Of a stretch of 64,000 nucleotides of DNA, positions 1-13,189 are shown in pieces. The notes below the pieces were generated by a model. It had not been told where the DNA came from. It did no database searches and saw only the letters and a list, made by a program, of their open reading frames with translations. The number at the start of each line of letters is the position of its first letter. The first letter of the stretch is position 1. A program made the position numbers and the translations under genes. The DNA comes from Bugula neritina (Eukaryota; Animalia; Bryozoa). Where the stretch lies: contig OZ037773.1 of NCBI GenBank assembly GCA_964035545.1, positions 1,455,751-1,519,750 of the forward strand, in the 5' to 3' direction.

Positions 1-448
1 AATTGCAAAGCAAATAATTAACAGAAACAATTTCTTACTCATCCTTTGCATTCATTTTAAAATTAACACTATTGATGTACCAACTCTGTACAGACATTTC
101 AAATTTATTGCTTTTTGTTCTTTTGTCTTTGTTAACCTCTCAACTTATGCAAACATTTGTAATTGCGGTGACTATGAATAAACTCCCCATTAATTACTTT
201 AATATGATTGCTGGAATGGCACCCTTGTCATATTACTGCTTTTGAGTCTACGTTGTACAATGGAATTATTTTTAATCAGACTTGATTTGATTAACTACAT
301 CTCCTAGCTAGCCTACATCAAGTCTCACATTTGTTTCCCTGCACAAAAAAGCTTTAGTTATATATAGAGCTGTGTGTTTTGTTATATATTTTCTATTGAT
401 GTATTTTATACTGGAAACTTTTCTACACTTATGTTAAAGTATCTATTT

Positions 449-668
449 AAAAACTCACGCTAGTTTATAGTTGCCATCCCTGTGAGAAAACACCTGATGA
501 AAAGGGCTTTTTGCTAAATCCGACTAAGGACTTATTCAGATGGGGCACAGGAGCAATTATGACTGAATGCTTTTCCTAACATTACCAGTGGCCTTTGAAG
601 AGGCTTGAACCCATGATTTCATGTTTACTAAGCAAATGCTCTAACCCCTAGACCACTGCTACTTCCTG
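449..668 (-). mobile_element. tRNA-derived SINE (family copy 1 of 4)
   Basis: Minus strand has A-box-like TGGTCTAGGGGTTAG and B-box-like GGGTTCAAGCC, then the body shared with copies at 33245, 48855 and 58117 (GGCCA(C/T)TGG..TGTTAGG..AGCAT..AGTCAT...CTATAAAC). Imperfect flanking direct repeat TA(A/G)AGTATCTAT(T/A)TA at 435-449 and 670-684. Confidence 0.8.
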
Positions 669-1325
669 ATAGAGTATCTATATATATAGAGTAAAGCAAA
701 CTCTACAAACTACTGGAGTTGTGTGTCCAACTAGTGAGCTGGGTTCTGTCATTAGTATAGCAAGCTGAAGCCTTAACACTATAATATACTTAGCTATGAT
801 CATTACGAATAATTGTTGCATAGTAATTGGTATCTTATAGCTGTGGAGAAAATGAAAATACTTGCAGCAGAAATTAGTTTCATTTGCAATTAGTATTGTA
901 TTATTCTTTTAAAGTAGTCTTTGGTAGCCAACCTATTTTATCAGCTCGATATGCGATCAAGTTAATGCTGAACTGATAGATCAAAGTCAAGTTAGACCTG
1001 TTTTCGTGTATATCAAGCTGGCTGAAGTCAATACATGGCAGCCAATGAATATCTTCCCCAGTAGTTGAAACTAGATTACCATATTGTTGAAGAAGTTCAT
1101 TTGGAGTAAAAGCAACTGGTTATACTATTTAGTCAATCCCAGTGTTGCTGTCTTCCGCAATGTCAGATTTTTGTAAAATAAATCAACCTGTGAAATAGGT
1201 ACTTGAAATATAAACTTGTCAATTTTTTAATGACTTCTTCAGGCGTGCAATGAATAGTTAGGACTTGATCTATCAGGCAAGTAGTCAAGAATACAGTGGA
1301 AAGGTGCGTGCTGTGAGTGGTGACA

Positions 1326-1743
1326 GACATTTCGAAAATGACAATTGGAAAACACCTATTTGGAAAACAGACAATTAGAAAATGGACAATCGGAAAATAG
1401 ACATTTGGAAAATGAAGAATATTCAACATGGCCTAGTTCAGAGGGGTTGTTCGGCATATGGTCAATTCCAAAATTATAGCTTGTAAAGATCTATATAATG
1501 GTCGAATCAGTTAGGCCATCATAGAAGTAGAATTAGTTACCGAGTAGATTTAATTAAAATTTGTTCACATTTACAAAAAACTAATTTGAACCCGATAAGA
1601 TACTAAGTGCCCGTCTGGACTAGGCCATGTTGAGTATTCTTCATTTTCCAAATGTCATTTTCCAAATGTCATTTTCCAAATGTCTATTTTCCATTTGTCA
1701 ATTTTCCAAATGGGTGTTTTCGAATTGTCATTTTTGAAATGTC
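1326..1743. mobile_element. MITE/foldback-like element with ~120 bp internally repetitive terminal inverted repeats
   Basis: 1326-1445 (gacatttcgaaaatgacaatt...caacatggcctagttcaga) is the reverse complement of ~1612-1743 (tctggactaggccatgttg...aattgtcatttttgaaatgtc). No coding capacity; TSD not clear. Confidence 0.7.
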
Positions 1744-1756
1744 ACGAACTCGAGTG

Positions 1757-1923
1757 AGTGTGTGTGTGTGTGTGTGTGCGTGCGTGCGCGCGCAGGCAGT
1801 GTGCGCAGGCAGTGTGCGCAGGCAGTGTGCGCAGGCAGTGTGCGCAGGCAGTGTGCGCAGGCAGTGTGCGCAGGCAGTGTGCGCAGGCAGTGTGCGCAGG
1901 CAGTGTGCGCAGCAGTGTGTGCA
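1757..1923. repeat. (GT)n microsatellite followed by 13-bp tandem repeat GCAGGCAGTGTGC
   Basis: Directly visible; explains the ORFs at 1652-2048. Confidence 0.9.
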
Positions 1924-3249
1924 GTATTTGCTGGATTCATTTACAAGCTGTGCTTCTATTTTTAGCAACTCGATGTAATGTCTTGGCAACCAATGACCTA
2001 CAGTGCTCAGACAATCCTCTCATGGTAGATAGAAACAGCAGTGAATGATCTGTAGTAGAGGGGATATAACATCAACCCTAGCTGTCTCTAGATATTATGT
2101 AAGCAAGTGCCCTACATATTACCTGTACAGCTACGTGGTTTAACATCCAATATCTTCTCATGCAGCCAAGTAGAGCTATAACCTACAGGACATTTAGGTG
2201 CATCACACATGGGATTTCAATAGCCCAAGCTCTTCAAATGTCTATGGGTTTTAGTCCGGGCATAGGTTGAGTTTCGTAAGAGGATTGTAGCTTCTGCCAG
2301 ATTCCTTTACTTCTTAGTTTTTGCATTACCGCGCATCTGTAAAATTGAATGGTGGATTTCTTGATCTGCTTAACAGATGCTATTACACTAAAATACTACT
2401 AGGTGTATCACAAGTGTACATATTGCCCTTATACTGACAATGCTATATATTATATTATATTATGTTATGCAGTCACCACACAATGTATTACTTAGTATGA
2501 GTTATGTTATATATAACATACAACACGCTATATGTAATAGCGTAGAAATACACCATAGTACCTAATATATATCATATTTGATGCCATATCAAAGAAATGC
2601 ACCTTATTATATAATATATATTATTGTATCATATACCATAGCACATAAATTGCATGTCATATTATATATGCATATATAATACCAGATTTAAAACGGACTC
2701 TAATTTGAGTAATTTGAAAAACGTTATCTGAAGCATCAACCCTCTCTCTAGTTGTCATTCACTATATTATTATACTTAGTCTGATGGGCAGGTTATGTGC
2801 GGGTTACTCCTTTCTTAGATCAAACGTGGAACATGTAAACTACAAGCCAGTTCAGCTCATGTTTTTAATTGTAGTCTCAAAATCAGAGTTCAAATCCCAC
2901 TTGCTTATTTGAGGGCAATTACCGCTGCTAGGTTATAAAATATTCTATTAGATCTGAGAATACATGTAGAGAAGGATACAAATATCAATAGTGATTATTG
3001 ACCATTTGTATGCTCTATGTCAAACTAGCACTTTGTTAGGCAAGGCTAAGATGTCAACTATAGGAGGTCATGAGTGTGTATGTTATGTAGATGACAGGTT
3101 ACAGCAGGTGTCTGAAGAGGGCATAAACACTGCTCAAAGCTGAAACAATTAATGCTATAAAGAAACATAAACCTGTCAAATTTATTCAACTCTGCAAAAA
3201 TATGGTACTATAGTACTACACACCCAACTAAAATTGCTCTTTATTGCTG

Positions 3250-3637
3250 AACTACCAGCACTACTAGCACTACTGGCACTACTGGCACTACTGGCACTAC
3301 CGGCACTACTGGCACTACTAGAACTACTAGCACTACTGGCACTACTGGCACTACCGGCACTACTAGAACTACTAGCACTAATAGCACTACTAGCACTACT
3401 GGCACTACTGGCACTACCAGCACTACTAGCACTACTGGCACTAATAGCACTACTAGCACTACTGGCACTACTGGCACTACTGGCACTACCAGCACTACCG
3501 GCACTACTAGAACTACTAGCACTACCAGCACTACTGGCACTACCGGCACTACCGGCACTACTGGCACTACCGGCACTACTGGCACTACTACTACTACTAC
3601 TAGCACTACTAGCACTACTAGCACTACTAGCACTACT
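3250..3637. repeat. 9-bp-based minisatellite (ACTACTGGC/ACTACTAGC)
   Basis: Directly visible; gives low-complexity ORFs on both strands. Confidence 0.9.
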
Positions 3638-3804
3638 AACAATAACTCTACGCATGCAGTTTTACTGGAGGAAAAGCTCTAGCACAACTTGCTACTGTTA
3701 ACAGAATACTTCACAGCAGGCAATGCCCTGGACACGGCTGTGTCCACCCTGTGGCTATTGAAGTCACTAACCTACTAATCTTTATATATAGTAATTATAG
3801 CCTG

Positions 3805-4312
3805 CACTGTGTATAGTCTATACTCTATACTGTATACAGTCTATACTCTGCACTGTATACAGTCTATACTCTGCACTGTCTGCAGTCTATACTCTGCACT
3901 GTATACAGTCTGTACTGTATACACTCTATACTCTGCACTGTATGCAGTCTATACTCTGCACTGTATACAGTCTATACTCTGCACTGTATATAGTCTATAC
4001 TCTGCACTGTATATAGTCTATACTCTGTACTGTATATAGTCTATACTCTGCACTGTGTACAGTCTATACTCTGCACTGTATATAGTCTATACTCTGTACT
4101 GTATGCAGTCTATACTCTGTACTGTATATAGTCTATACTCTGTACTGTATATAGTCTATACTCTGTACTGTATATAGTCTATACTCTGTACTGTATATAG
4201 TCTATACTCTGTACTGTATATAGTCTATACTCTGCACTGTATATAGTCTATACTCTGCACTGTATATAGTCTGTACTCTGTATTGTATATAGTCTGTACT
4301 CTGTACTGTATA
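3805..4312. repeat. 23-bp tandem repeat CTATACTCTGCACTGTATATAGT (left edge of segmental duplication copy 1)
   Basis: Directly visible; the same array recurs at 24120-24731. Confidence 0.9.
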
Positions 4313-5660
4313 TAATAAATACTTTGCTTTGTATAATTACACAGGTTATACTGACAACTTATTGATACAGTTTCATACATTTGATGGCTGTATGCATTCA
4401 TTAATTAGGGAGTTATAACTTAACCTTAAATACAAACAAGTAAATAGTAAATAAAAACAGATTAAACACTACAACATTATTCAGTACATACAAGTTGTGT
4501 TGTTCTTGAAATCAGATTTTGACTAAGCTAAATTACACATATGGTGGGGAGTTGGGGCCACAGCATGCAGTTTGCCTCCATTAGCTACGTCAGCGCAGAA
4601 AATCCACACACGCCAAAATAAGCTGCAATTCAGTGAGCACACCTTTTTGAGTTTCCAGTTCACTATTTTACCTTTTCGTAATTTAATTGTTTTACTTTCT
4701 GTAGTGATATAAAGTCCTTTTTCCACCACAAAAGATGTAGCTATTGAAACAATGGCCCGTAGATAAGCAGGAAATTTATTTTCTGCTGACAACTTGGGTG
4801 TAGTGGTAGGAGTGGTGGTAGGACTTTCACATATTTGTACAACAGATAGGTACTATACTAGCTGCCTTAGAATCATCAGAGATGCAGGTAAAAACAAGGC
4901 ATGACAAACACTGCTTCTACCTCTGCTGCTACTGCTATGGTAGGTACTGAATACAAGGTAGGTAGTGTATACAAGGTAGGTACTGTATACAAGGTGGGTA
5001 TTGCAGATTTTGTTACTTAAATTGATTGTCACTTTATAGATTACTTAGAATAAATGCGAAATACATAGTAATAATATAAGATTGACCCTTTCTCTACTTG
5101 CATAAATACTGCCTAGTAGTATGACTGAATGAAATCAATACACATATTGACTACTCAGGATAGGGAGGGAATAAGCAAGTTATTAACTGACCTCTAATAC
5201 AGCTCAACAGGCACTCAACCCCACTTGTGTTCTGCATTCAGCTCTAATAAACTTTGAATAACAAATCAAATAAGTAATATATGTAATTTGCTATTCACTA
5301 ACAAATTTATTCACAGTACGTATGGCAGTACAAGCATAGCAACTTTATCAAGAAATCTCTTGTTATAATATATGCAATCAACTACATTAGTTTCACAACA
5401 TCTAATATAAAACTGTTTTTGATGATTGAAGTTCTAAAGAAATAAAACCCTTTTTTATGTTGGCATGGAATCTTTCTTTGCTTCTTAAATTTAACTTTTA
5501 ACCAGTACTAACTGGGACAGAGGAAGTTACAGCTGACACCCTCACATAATGGTATACATCATCATGAAATAAGGCTACACTAAAGCTTTTTCATAGCTAT
5601 TTTTGGCTTTGACGGTATCAACTACTTAGCTCCCATATATGGTATGATTTTCTATTATTC

Positions 5661-5773
5661 TTATTTTCAGCCAATCAACAAAAGGCTAATAATATAAGGA
5701 GCCAATGAGAATAAATTATTGTTGTATAAATTGAAAGCAGAGTGACCTCAATTCTCATGCAGCAGTGAGCTTC
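5661..5773 (+). promoter_or_regulatory. Putative core promoter of G1: two CCAAT boxes plus TATAAA
   Basis: GCCAATCA at 5670, GCCAATGA at 5701 and TATAAA at 5725, about 100 nt before the ATG. This block is deleted in the paralog G3. Confidence 0.6.
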
Positions 5774-5825
5774 ATTTAACTGAAAGTGTATCTCATCTCC
5801 AGACAAGAAAATCTGTCCCTCCATC

Positions 5826-7355
5826 ATGAACTCTTATGTATTAGTTGCTTTATTCTTCCTTGGTAAGTTCAGTTTTAATTATTTATTAAATAAAATGTTA
5901 GTTTATAATTAGTGTTACCAAAAACATATAGAGTGTTTAATTGATGCCTGGGTGTGTAAAATCTCTAACAAGTTTCTATGGAAACATATCTCTTTTTAAA
6001 ATATAATTAGAAGGAATAATGTTGGTACCAATTTTGTGAGTGTTTCTGTTCTTTGAAAAAGGAAACTATGCTATTTACTATTTTAGCTGTGAAGTGTGGG
6101 CAAGTCAATTCGACATGAGTGAATTACTCTAGATCATCTTCTATACTTGAGCACTTGTAGTTGTTGCTTTCCATTTGCTAAACCTAGTATAAGGAGTAGT
6201 TACTGTTTTCACAAAAATGTGCGCTTTAAAATTTAATATTTGTGGAATAAAAAAGCATAAAATTTTAGCTGTCTCAGAGTTGGGTCAGACTTGGAGTTGG
6301 GAAATTTTTATTCAGTTCTAATTCTATGGAGTTTTACTTTTATTGACAAGAATTCTTGTAAATGTAATTAAATGAGATTTGGAGAGTTTTAAATAATTTG
6401 CAATTCTTATTCTGATAACAATTGTGACGATTCTCCTCTTTGTACAATAGCATTTGGTAGTATTCATAATAATATTCTCTCAGACTTGCATTTCTATCTT
6501 TGCACTAGGTTTTCTTTAGCACAGAGTCACATGTGGCACAGAGAAATATTCTGTATGCCACCGATATCTTCAACTCTAATCAAGTTCACCCAATGTGGCC
6601 TTGCCATAATATATAACTACTTGTTAAACTGCTTTTGCATGTCAAAACTTTGTTCCAAAACTTACAAATGTTTCTATGTATGAACAAGTTAAGTAAAAAG
6701 ACTAAAATTACTGAAACCGACTGGTTAAGCTAGAGTTGTGCTCTCCGTAGGTGCTGTGGCTGTTAGCAGTGGACTGCAGTGCTATGTGTGTGATACAACT
6801 GATGACTCTACATGTGATGACATGTACAGCAAACCTGCTGGACACCTGCAAGACTGTCCCCCTGACTCTCTTCTTGATGATGGCTGCTCCAAATTAAAAT
6901 CCACAGGAAAACTTTTGGGAGTAAAAGCGTCGACAAGTAAGTTCTCTTGGGATTACAAACTGCTGAACTTGTCAACAGACAACTCTCAAAAAAAATTTCA
7001 ATTTTAAAAATCTACACTTTTTGTTATTTTGAAGTCGTGAGAAGCTGTGGAAGTATTTATGACAACACCCAGTGTGCACAGAAAGACCGTGCTAAAGTAA
7101 ACCTTTTTGGCGTCAAAGGAGAAAGCTGGTCATGTTCCTGCACTGGAGAAGGATGCAACAGTGCATCTGGTCTCTCTCTCACTTTCCCTCTACTAGCTGG
7201 TGAGTAACCGTAGCAACCTAGCCATGTATTAATAACACATGTAGGCACTTCATTTTTATTTTAATATTTCTCTGCTTGTACCAGTTGGTTGATTTAATTA
7301 TTCCACACTAATATATATTTACATTTTAGCTGTTCTGGCCAAGTACCTTATTTGA
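5826..7355 (+). CDS. G1: GPI-anchored Ly6/uPAR three-finger protein, Quiver/Sleepless-like
   Basis: Exons 5826-5862, 6751-6936, 7035-7199, 7330-7355, all GT-AG and phase 1. MNSYVLVALFFLGAVAVSSGLQCYVC...C...C...GCSK...RSC...C...WSCSCTGEGCNSASGLSLTFPLLAAVLAKYLI. Signal peptide, 10 Cys with terminal CxC..GCN, hydrophobic tail, AATAAA at 7539. Confidence 0.9.
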
Positions 7356-8960
7356 AGTTCTCCATGTTATCCAGCTAAGGATGAACATCAAATACTGACT
7401 CTACTGAGGCTGAAATGATGTATATGATGTCTATAGAGTGTATTCTATTTAGTTTCTTGTATTCAACCGTGACAATTATTTGTGTATTCAATCTACTTTG
7501 TATTTTTTTTTCATTATTTTTAATTAATTTCTTTATATAATAAACACTTCATATTTCAACAATGTTCATACTAGAAGGTGTTGGGTAAAACCCAGAGCAA
7601 TTTACTTTCAAGATGTATGTCCAGCATAAATAATTCCAGTCATGTGTTCATTATTCTGTGAAGTTGTCCTCTTGTAAAATATTTGAATGTTCCAGAGAAC
7701 ATACTCTGAAGTTGAAGTGTAGCCCTTCAAAAATCATATTTTTGAGTGAGGTTGCCTTATCATATTAGCTGCAGGTAATGTGACATAGGTGGGGTTGTGT
7801 TGAGTGTTGGCGTTTCTATGTTAAGGGTGGGCAGTAACTGATAACATTGTTGCTTGTTTTGGAAGATACAACATCTAGCACTGGAGCAGCTATAGTTGAA
7901 TAGATTTTGTTCAAATGTGTTGGGAGAACCTAAAAAATATCTTACTGTCGTGCTGGTACAACACTTCCATCACATAGCTAAGATGGCTTTTGATATTCAA
8001 GTAGTTTTACAAGTGAACTAGCAGTGGATTAGTGCAACCCCCATAAGATCACTTGGTAATTGTTCAACTAAATTGTCTGACCTGCAGCTTCATCTAAGAA
8101 GAGAGGACAACCTAAAAGTATTGGATGATATAATGGCTATGGTCTACTAATACTAAGTAGTACCAGCACAGTCGTGCTTAGTTTGCTGGAGTTGTGGTTA
8201 GCGGACTAAAATAGACATAGCTCTATTAATTGTCTGTTTAATCACATTGGGCTGTGAATTCCTTATGCCCTTAATATATTTTCTAATTGGAACGTTTTTT
8301 GCTGCCTTGTGAAGCCATTATGTTTAAAATACTTAATGGAAATTGTTTATTCTAAACTATTTTAGCCCAGTGTGAATTAAAATCAAAAATTTCATTTTCT
8401 CAATATTTTACTAAATAAATCATTTATATGCTGGTGCAGCAAGTTTGTTTGAAGTGCTGTACTAGCGAAACTGAATTGTGACAAATTTCGACCAAACATC
8501 GGTGTCTTTTCATTTAATAAAGCAGTTCAGAAAGGAAACCAAACTCCAAATAGTCAATAAAATATATAAGCTATATTAAATTACGTGTAGATGCTAGTAT
8601 AGTATACAATCAACTGAATATTAAGTGTGCTATGTATATGTAATTGAAACTTATAAGCTTTATACAATATTTTGTGACTGCAGTATTATATTGATTTGCA
8701 TTAGGATGCTGTATATGGCCAGTATAAGTTGAAAATCATGTGCTATGTGGGACAGGCTAAACTTAAGAATACACATGTATATTTTACTAAAACTGAGTTC
8801 CATCTGAGATATGAAGTGAGAGCAACTATTCTTGATCATAAAATCTCCATACATAGCTTATTATTTTTGGTCCACAAACTTTTTAAATTGAACCGATTTC
8901 TTTAAAAAAGAAGCCACGCAAAATTCATTACTACAGATTATTTATGATACGCTCAATCGT

Positions 8961-9268
8961 ATATATTATACACTCAGTAGAATATATTACACACTCAGTA
9001 GAATATATTATACACTAAGTAGAATATATTACACACTCAGTAGTATATATTACACACTCAGTAGTATATATTACACACTCAGTAGAATATATTACACACT
9101 CAGTAGAATATATTACACACTTAGTAGAATATATTACACACTCAGTAGTATATATTACACACTCAGTAGAATATATTACACACTCAGTAGTATATATTAC
9201 ACACTCAGTAGAATATATTACACACTCAGTAGTATATATTACACACTCAGTAGTATATATTACACACT
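8961..9268. repeat. 21-bp tandem repeat TATATTACACACTCAGTAGAA
   Basis: Directly visible; shorter array in copy 2 (~29014-29130). Confidence 0.85.
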
Positions 9269-9680
9269 GAGTGCAGTTTCTCTGTAAGCTAAAGGAAATT
9301 GGGCTGTGGAGTTTTGATCATGCAAATGCACAAAACTATTTTGTTTTCTGTTTTTGTATAGCAGTATCTGATATTACATTGTATTTGTATAAAAAATAGA
9401 ATACACTATTTTGTGTTGTGTTGACTATTAGCAAGTCTTTATATGCATAAACATGAAAAACAGTCTATATATGGTAACAATTGAGCTTATATTATTAATT
9501 ATCTGGCAAAAAGAGGTAATAAGGAGAAATTTACTATCTAAATTCAAATGACTATTTTTGACAAATCAAACAAATTTTGTTAAACAAGACAAGAAAGCTA
9601 GCTGTAGCTATATAGAATATGAAAATATTATGAATACTTATTGCAGCAAGCTAAAGTTGCAAAGTAATACCAGCACCATT

Positions 9681-10005
9681 CAGTAGCTGTCAGTAACTGT
9701 CAGTAGCTTACAGTAGCTGTCAATAGCTTACAGTAGCTGTCAGTAGCTGTCGCTAGCTGTCAGTAGCTGTCAGTACTTGTCAATACTTGTCAATACTTGT
9801 CAATAGCTTTCAGTAGCTGTCAGTAGCTGTCAGTACCTGTCAGTAGCTGTCAATACTTGTCAGTACCTGTCAGTAGCTGTCACTAGCTGTCAGCAGCTGT
9901 CAGTAGCTGTCAGTACTTGTCAATACTTGTCAATAGCTGTCAGTGGCTGTCAGTAGCTTACAGTAGCTGTCAATAGCTGTCAGTGGCTGTCGATGGCTGT
10001 CAGCT
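9681..10005. repeat. 10-bp tandem repeat CAGTAGCTGT
   Basis: Directly visible; shorter array in copy 2 (~29543-29718). Confidence 0.85.
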
Positions 10006-11574
10006 ATGATGAATAAAGAGAAAAACTTATATTTCTTGGATATAATTATGTAGACGTTGAAGCCACATGATTATCCTCCATGTTTTTTGATAATTTATCC
10101 TATGATATGGTATAATGCACATTGTGTTTTATTACGGGTATTATACCGTATTACACAATATAGATTGTATAGTGATATTGTAACTTGCTGCGCATAGCTC
10201 CACCTCTACGCACTTTTCTCCTCCTGGTACATTCACAGCAGCAATGTAGATATGATTGCAGCACCTACAATAAATACACATCTTTATCAACTTACAGTTT
10301 TCTGGTTTTAATACATTATACGACTCCACTCGGGAAGGAAATGAATGTTTTGGCAGAAATAAGTGAAGTTTATTTTTTGACCAGTAAGCAAAGTAGGACT
10401 GGTTCTGATATAAAGAATATTTGACAGTTACTAATGCATTACAGATCAATACAATATACTTGTATTACTATAATATAGTCAAATATGACGTCATATAAAC
10501 ATGACAGGTTGCTATAGTTACTTACCAGCTAGTAGAGGGAAAGTGAGAGAGAGACCAGAAGCACTGTTACATCCGTCGCCATCAGTGCAAGAACATGACC
10601 AGCGCTTTACCAAACCTCCAGTAGCCACATTTATTTCCTGAAAGTTATCTTTGTACGAGCACTCGGAGTTGTTGTACCGGACTCCACAGATTCTGTTAAC
10701 TAGTAGGAAGCAAATTTTTCTACTGAAGCATCATGTGAAACTTTTTAGAGAATATCTATAAGTGCAGCTTTGACTGAACCTGAAGGTTGTTACGGAATAT
10801 GAATACATAAAACTGATAATTAACGCCTAGCTGTGGCAATGATAAAATCTGCTCTGTATTTATATGCCATAATTGTGCAGTTATGGCAGAGCCCAAGTTG
10901 ATGCTAGTTTTATAATTTATGACAATATTAAAAAAAAAGTAAATCTCGCATTTGCAGAAAGGAAGTACTGCAGGTTTAAAGTATTTTGTTTGGCAGCTTG
11001 ACCATAATTTATGTGCGTGCGTGTGTGTAACGGCCAGCATGGCCCTTTTGCAACACATTCTGTTGGTGCAAATATATAAAAACCCAAGTATTAAAAAGGC
11101 ATCCACAAACTGTCCATGCTTAACTTGTCAACCTTATTCTCATTAAATTTTAGTCATATTTGTTTTCCATAGCATTAGCATAATCAGTTTTTAACTAGCC
11201 ATATAAATACTTGTAAGCTGCACATCATGCTTTGTTCTAGACTTGGCCTAGCCATGGTAGGTCAAGTGCTAGAGCCATGACTAGTGCAGCCGTTTTATAG
11301 AACTAGTAGAGCCAATCAGGTAATACAGTTATGTTTAATGATTACTAATATCTTTACATTTTAATAGAAAATGAAATCTTAATTGTTTTACGATGATTTG
11401 GTGACTTCTTATACTACACCTTTGCATATTTTTACTAACATGTTGTTTTATACATTACTATTATGGTTTTCACGTTGCCTTATGGCATCAGTCAAGACTT
11501 ACGGCTCCAATAAAGTACCATCAACACCATAACATATAAACGGCTGCTACAGTGCGTGCGCGCGTGGGTGTTGC

Positions 11575-11672
11575 TAAGAGGAATATGAAATGGGATTAAT
11601 CAATTTGAGTTCCTGGCAACAGACGGCTGACAACAGAGTTGCATGGAGAGCTGCAACCAAATTTAAGCCAAA
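11575..11672 (+). mobile_element. Short RTE-like LINE C-terminal relic (also at ~31317-31412)
   Basis: Translates (frameshifted) KRNMK..INLSSWQQTADNRVAWRAAT, like the RTE W..A.DR..WR motif also seen at 23610-23660. Confidence 0.45.
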
Positions 11673-11683
11673 TTCCCCCCCCC

Positions 11684-11922
<239 letters not shown>

Positions 11923-12667
11923 ATATAAATTTGATAACAAGCTATTGTATATTGCATAATGCAACAAAATTGTCTAAATAGGATTAAAAAGAGTTGGTGA
12001 TAATTTCCCCAAACATATTATATCATAACGTATTACCATATACCTGAGGATACAGTTATCCCACCAACTGAAATTGTTGCTTTTCTCTTGGAACATCCTG
12101 TGTCTTCGGTAGAACAGTTGGTGAGATGGGTTTCTGGCATCATATATTCATCGTCACATTCTGGTTCGGCAAAACACGTATAGCAGTCCAACGCATGACT
12201 TGCAGTGGATATACCTATCAGTATTGAAATAGGAGACATGATACTACATCTATAAGTGTCACATACTTATCATCACATGTCACATACACACCATCATATG
12301 TCACACAGTTTTCATTACATGCCATATACCTTTTGTCACATGTCACATACTTTTCACTGTGCGTCATGTAAACCATTTATCACATGTCACACACCTTTCG
12401 TCATGTGCCACAATTATACTTGTGACCACGTGTCACATATTATATATACTATACTATAACATAGTATATATAAGCAAATAGTATAGTATATACTATAATA
12501 TAGTATATATAAGCATATAGTATAGTATATACTATATACTGTACTATAGTATATAGTATAGCATATAATATTATCTTATATACTACACTATATGCTATAT
12601 TATATATACTACATACTATAGTATAGTATATAGTATAATATACTATACTATATGCTGTACTATAGTT

Positions 12668-13047
12668 TATCACCTTGCCAGCGGATGGCTGAGATTTGAA
12701 TTTCTTCTTTCTCGGTGAGTCTGCATGTCGCCATTCCATTGACCTTCTTTTGCTTTCTGGCTCATAATAATGAACCCAAGTTTCGTCACCAGTGATAATC
12801 CTTTGCAAAAATGTCTCATCTTCTGCATGCATGCTGAGAAGCTCACAACCATCCTCCTTTTACGAGGCAGGAATACATGCTCTCATAAAACGATGGACAG
12901 CAGCTGTGGACAATAGAGGAGACTATATTGAGAAATAAAGTGTGTTCCTAAGTTGTTGCTGATCATTTTGATATATAGTTTAAGTATTCAGAAAATTTAA
13001 AAATTCTCTGATCTTACACAACAGGCGTTACTTTTTGAACCACCCTC

Positions 13048-13050
<3 letters not shown>
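12668..13050. mobile_element. Mariner (Tc1/mariner) relic with internal inversion
   Basis: Minus strand 12670-12847 encodes FLQRIITGDETWVHYYEPESKRRSMEW...KKKFKSQPSAGKV (first catalytic D). Plus strand 12843-12938 encodes the transposase C-terminus SQPSSFYEAGIHALIKRWTAAVDNRGDYIEK*. 3' TIR GGCGTTACTTTTTGAACCACCCTCG followed by TA. Confidence 0.85.

Positions 13051-13098
<48 letters not shown>
13049..13098. repeat. (TA)n tract, left boundary of the rDNA block
   Basis: Directly visible. Confidence 0.95.
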
Positions 13099-13100
<2 letters not shown>

Positions 13101-13189
13101 GTAGTGTGTTCAGATTGTTAATGATACATATATATTTTTTTATTTAAAAAATCTCACACGACTATATAGTTTCGTACAGTAAACTGCAC

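Noticed and set aside
3182-4039. Ser/Ala-, Leu/Ala- and Val/Pro-rich ORFs
   Set aside because: Products of 9-bp and 23-bp minisatellites, open in several frames, with no splice or start context.
3805-4312. Regular 23-bp array (and the 31-bp array at 62158) as CRISPR-like
   Set aside because: Units are contiguous with no unique spacers, no cas genes, and the context is eukaryotic.
5765-5802. Possible tiny 5'UTR introns before Ly6 ATGs (38 nt here, ~34 nt in the cassettes, ~50 nt in G4)
   Set aside because: AG-like sites precede each ATG, but donors are weak or inconsistent and lengths are borderline; cannot be supported without transcripts.
6751-7199. Positive selection between G1 and G3
   Set aside because: A manual count of about 10 nonsynonymous vs 5 synonymous changes does not exceed neutral expectation; too few sites.
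9552-9660. Alternative last exons for G2/G4 (ATASFLVLF... or ACCNKYS)
   Set aside because: The exon at 10264-10233 has a better acceptor, a short hydrophobic tail like the paralogs, and is conserved in both copies.
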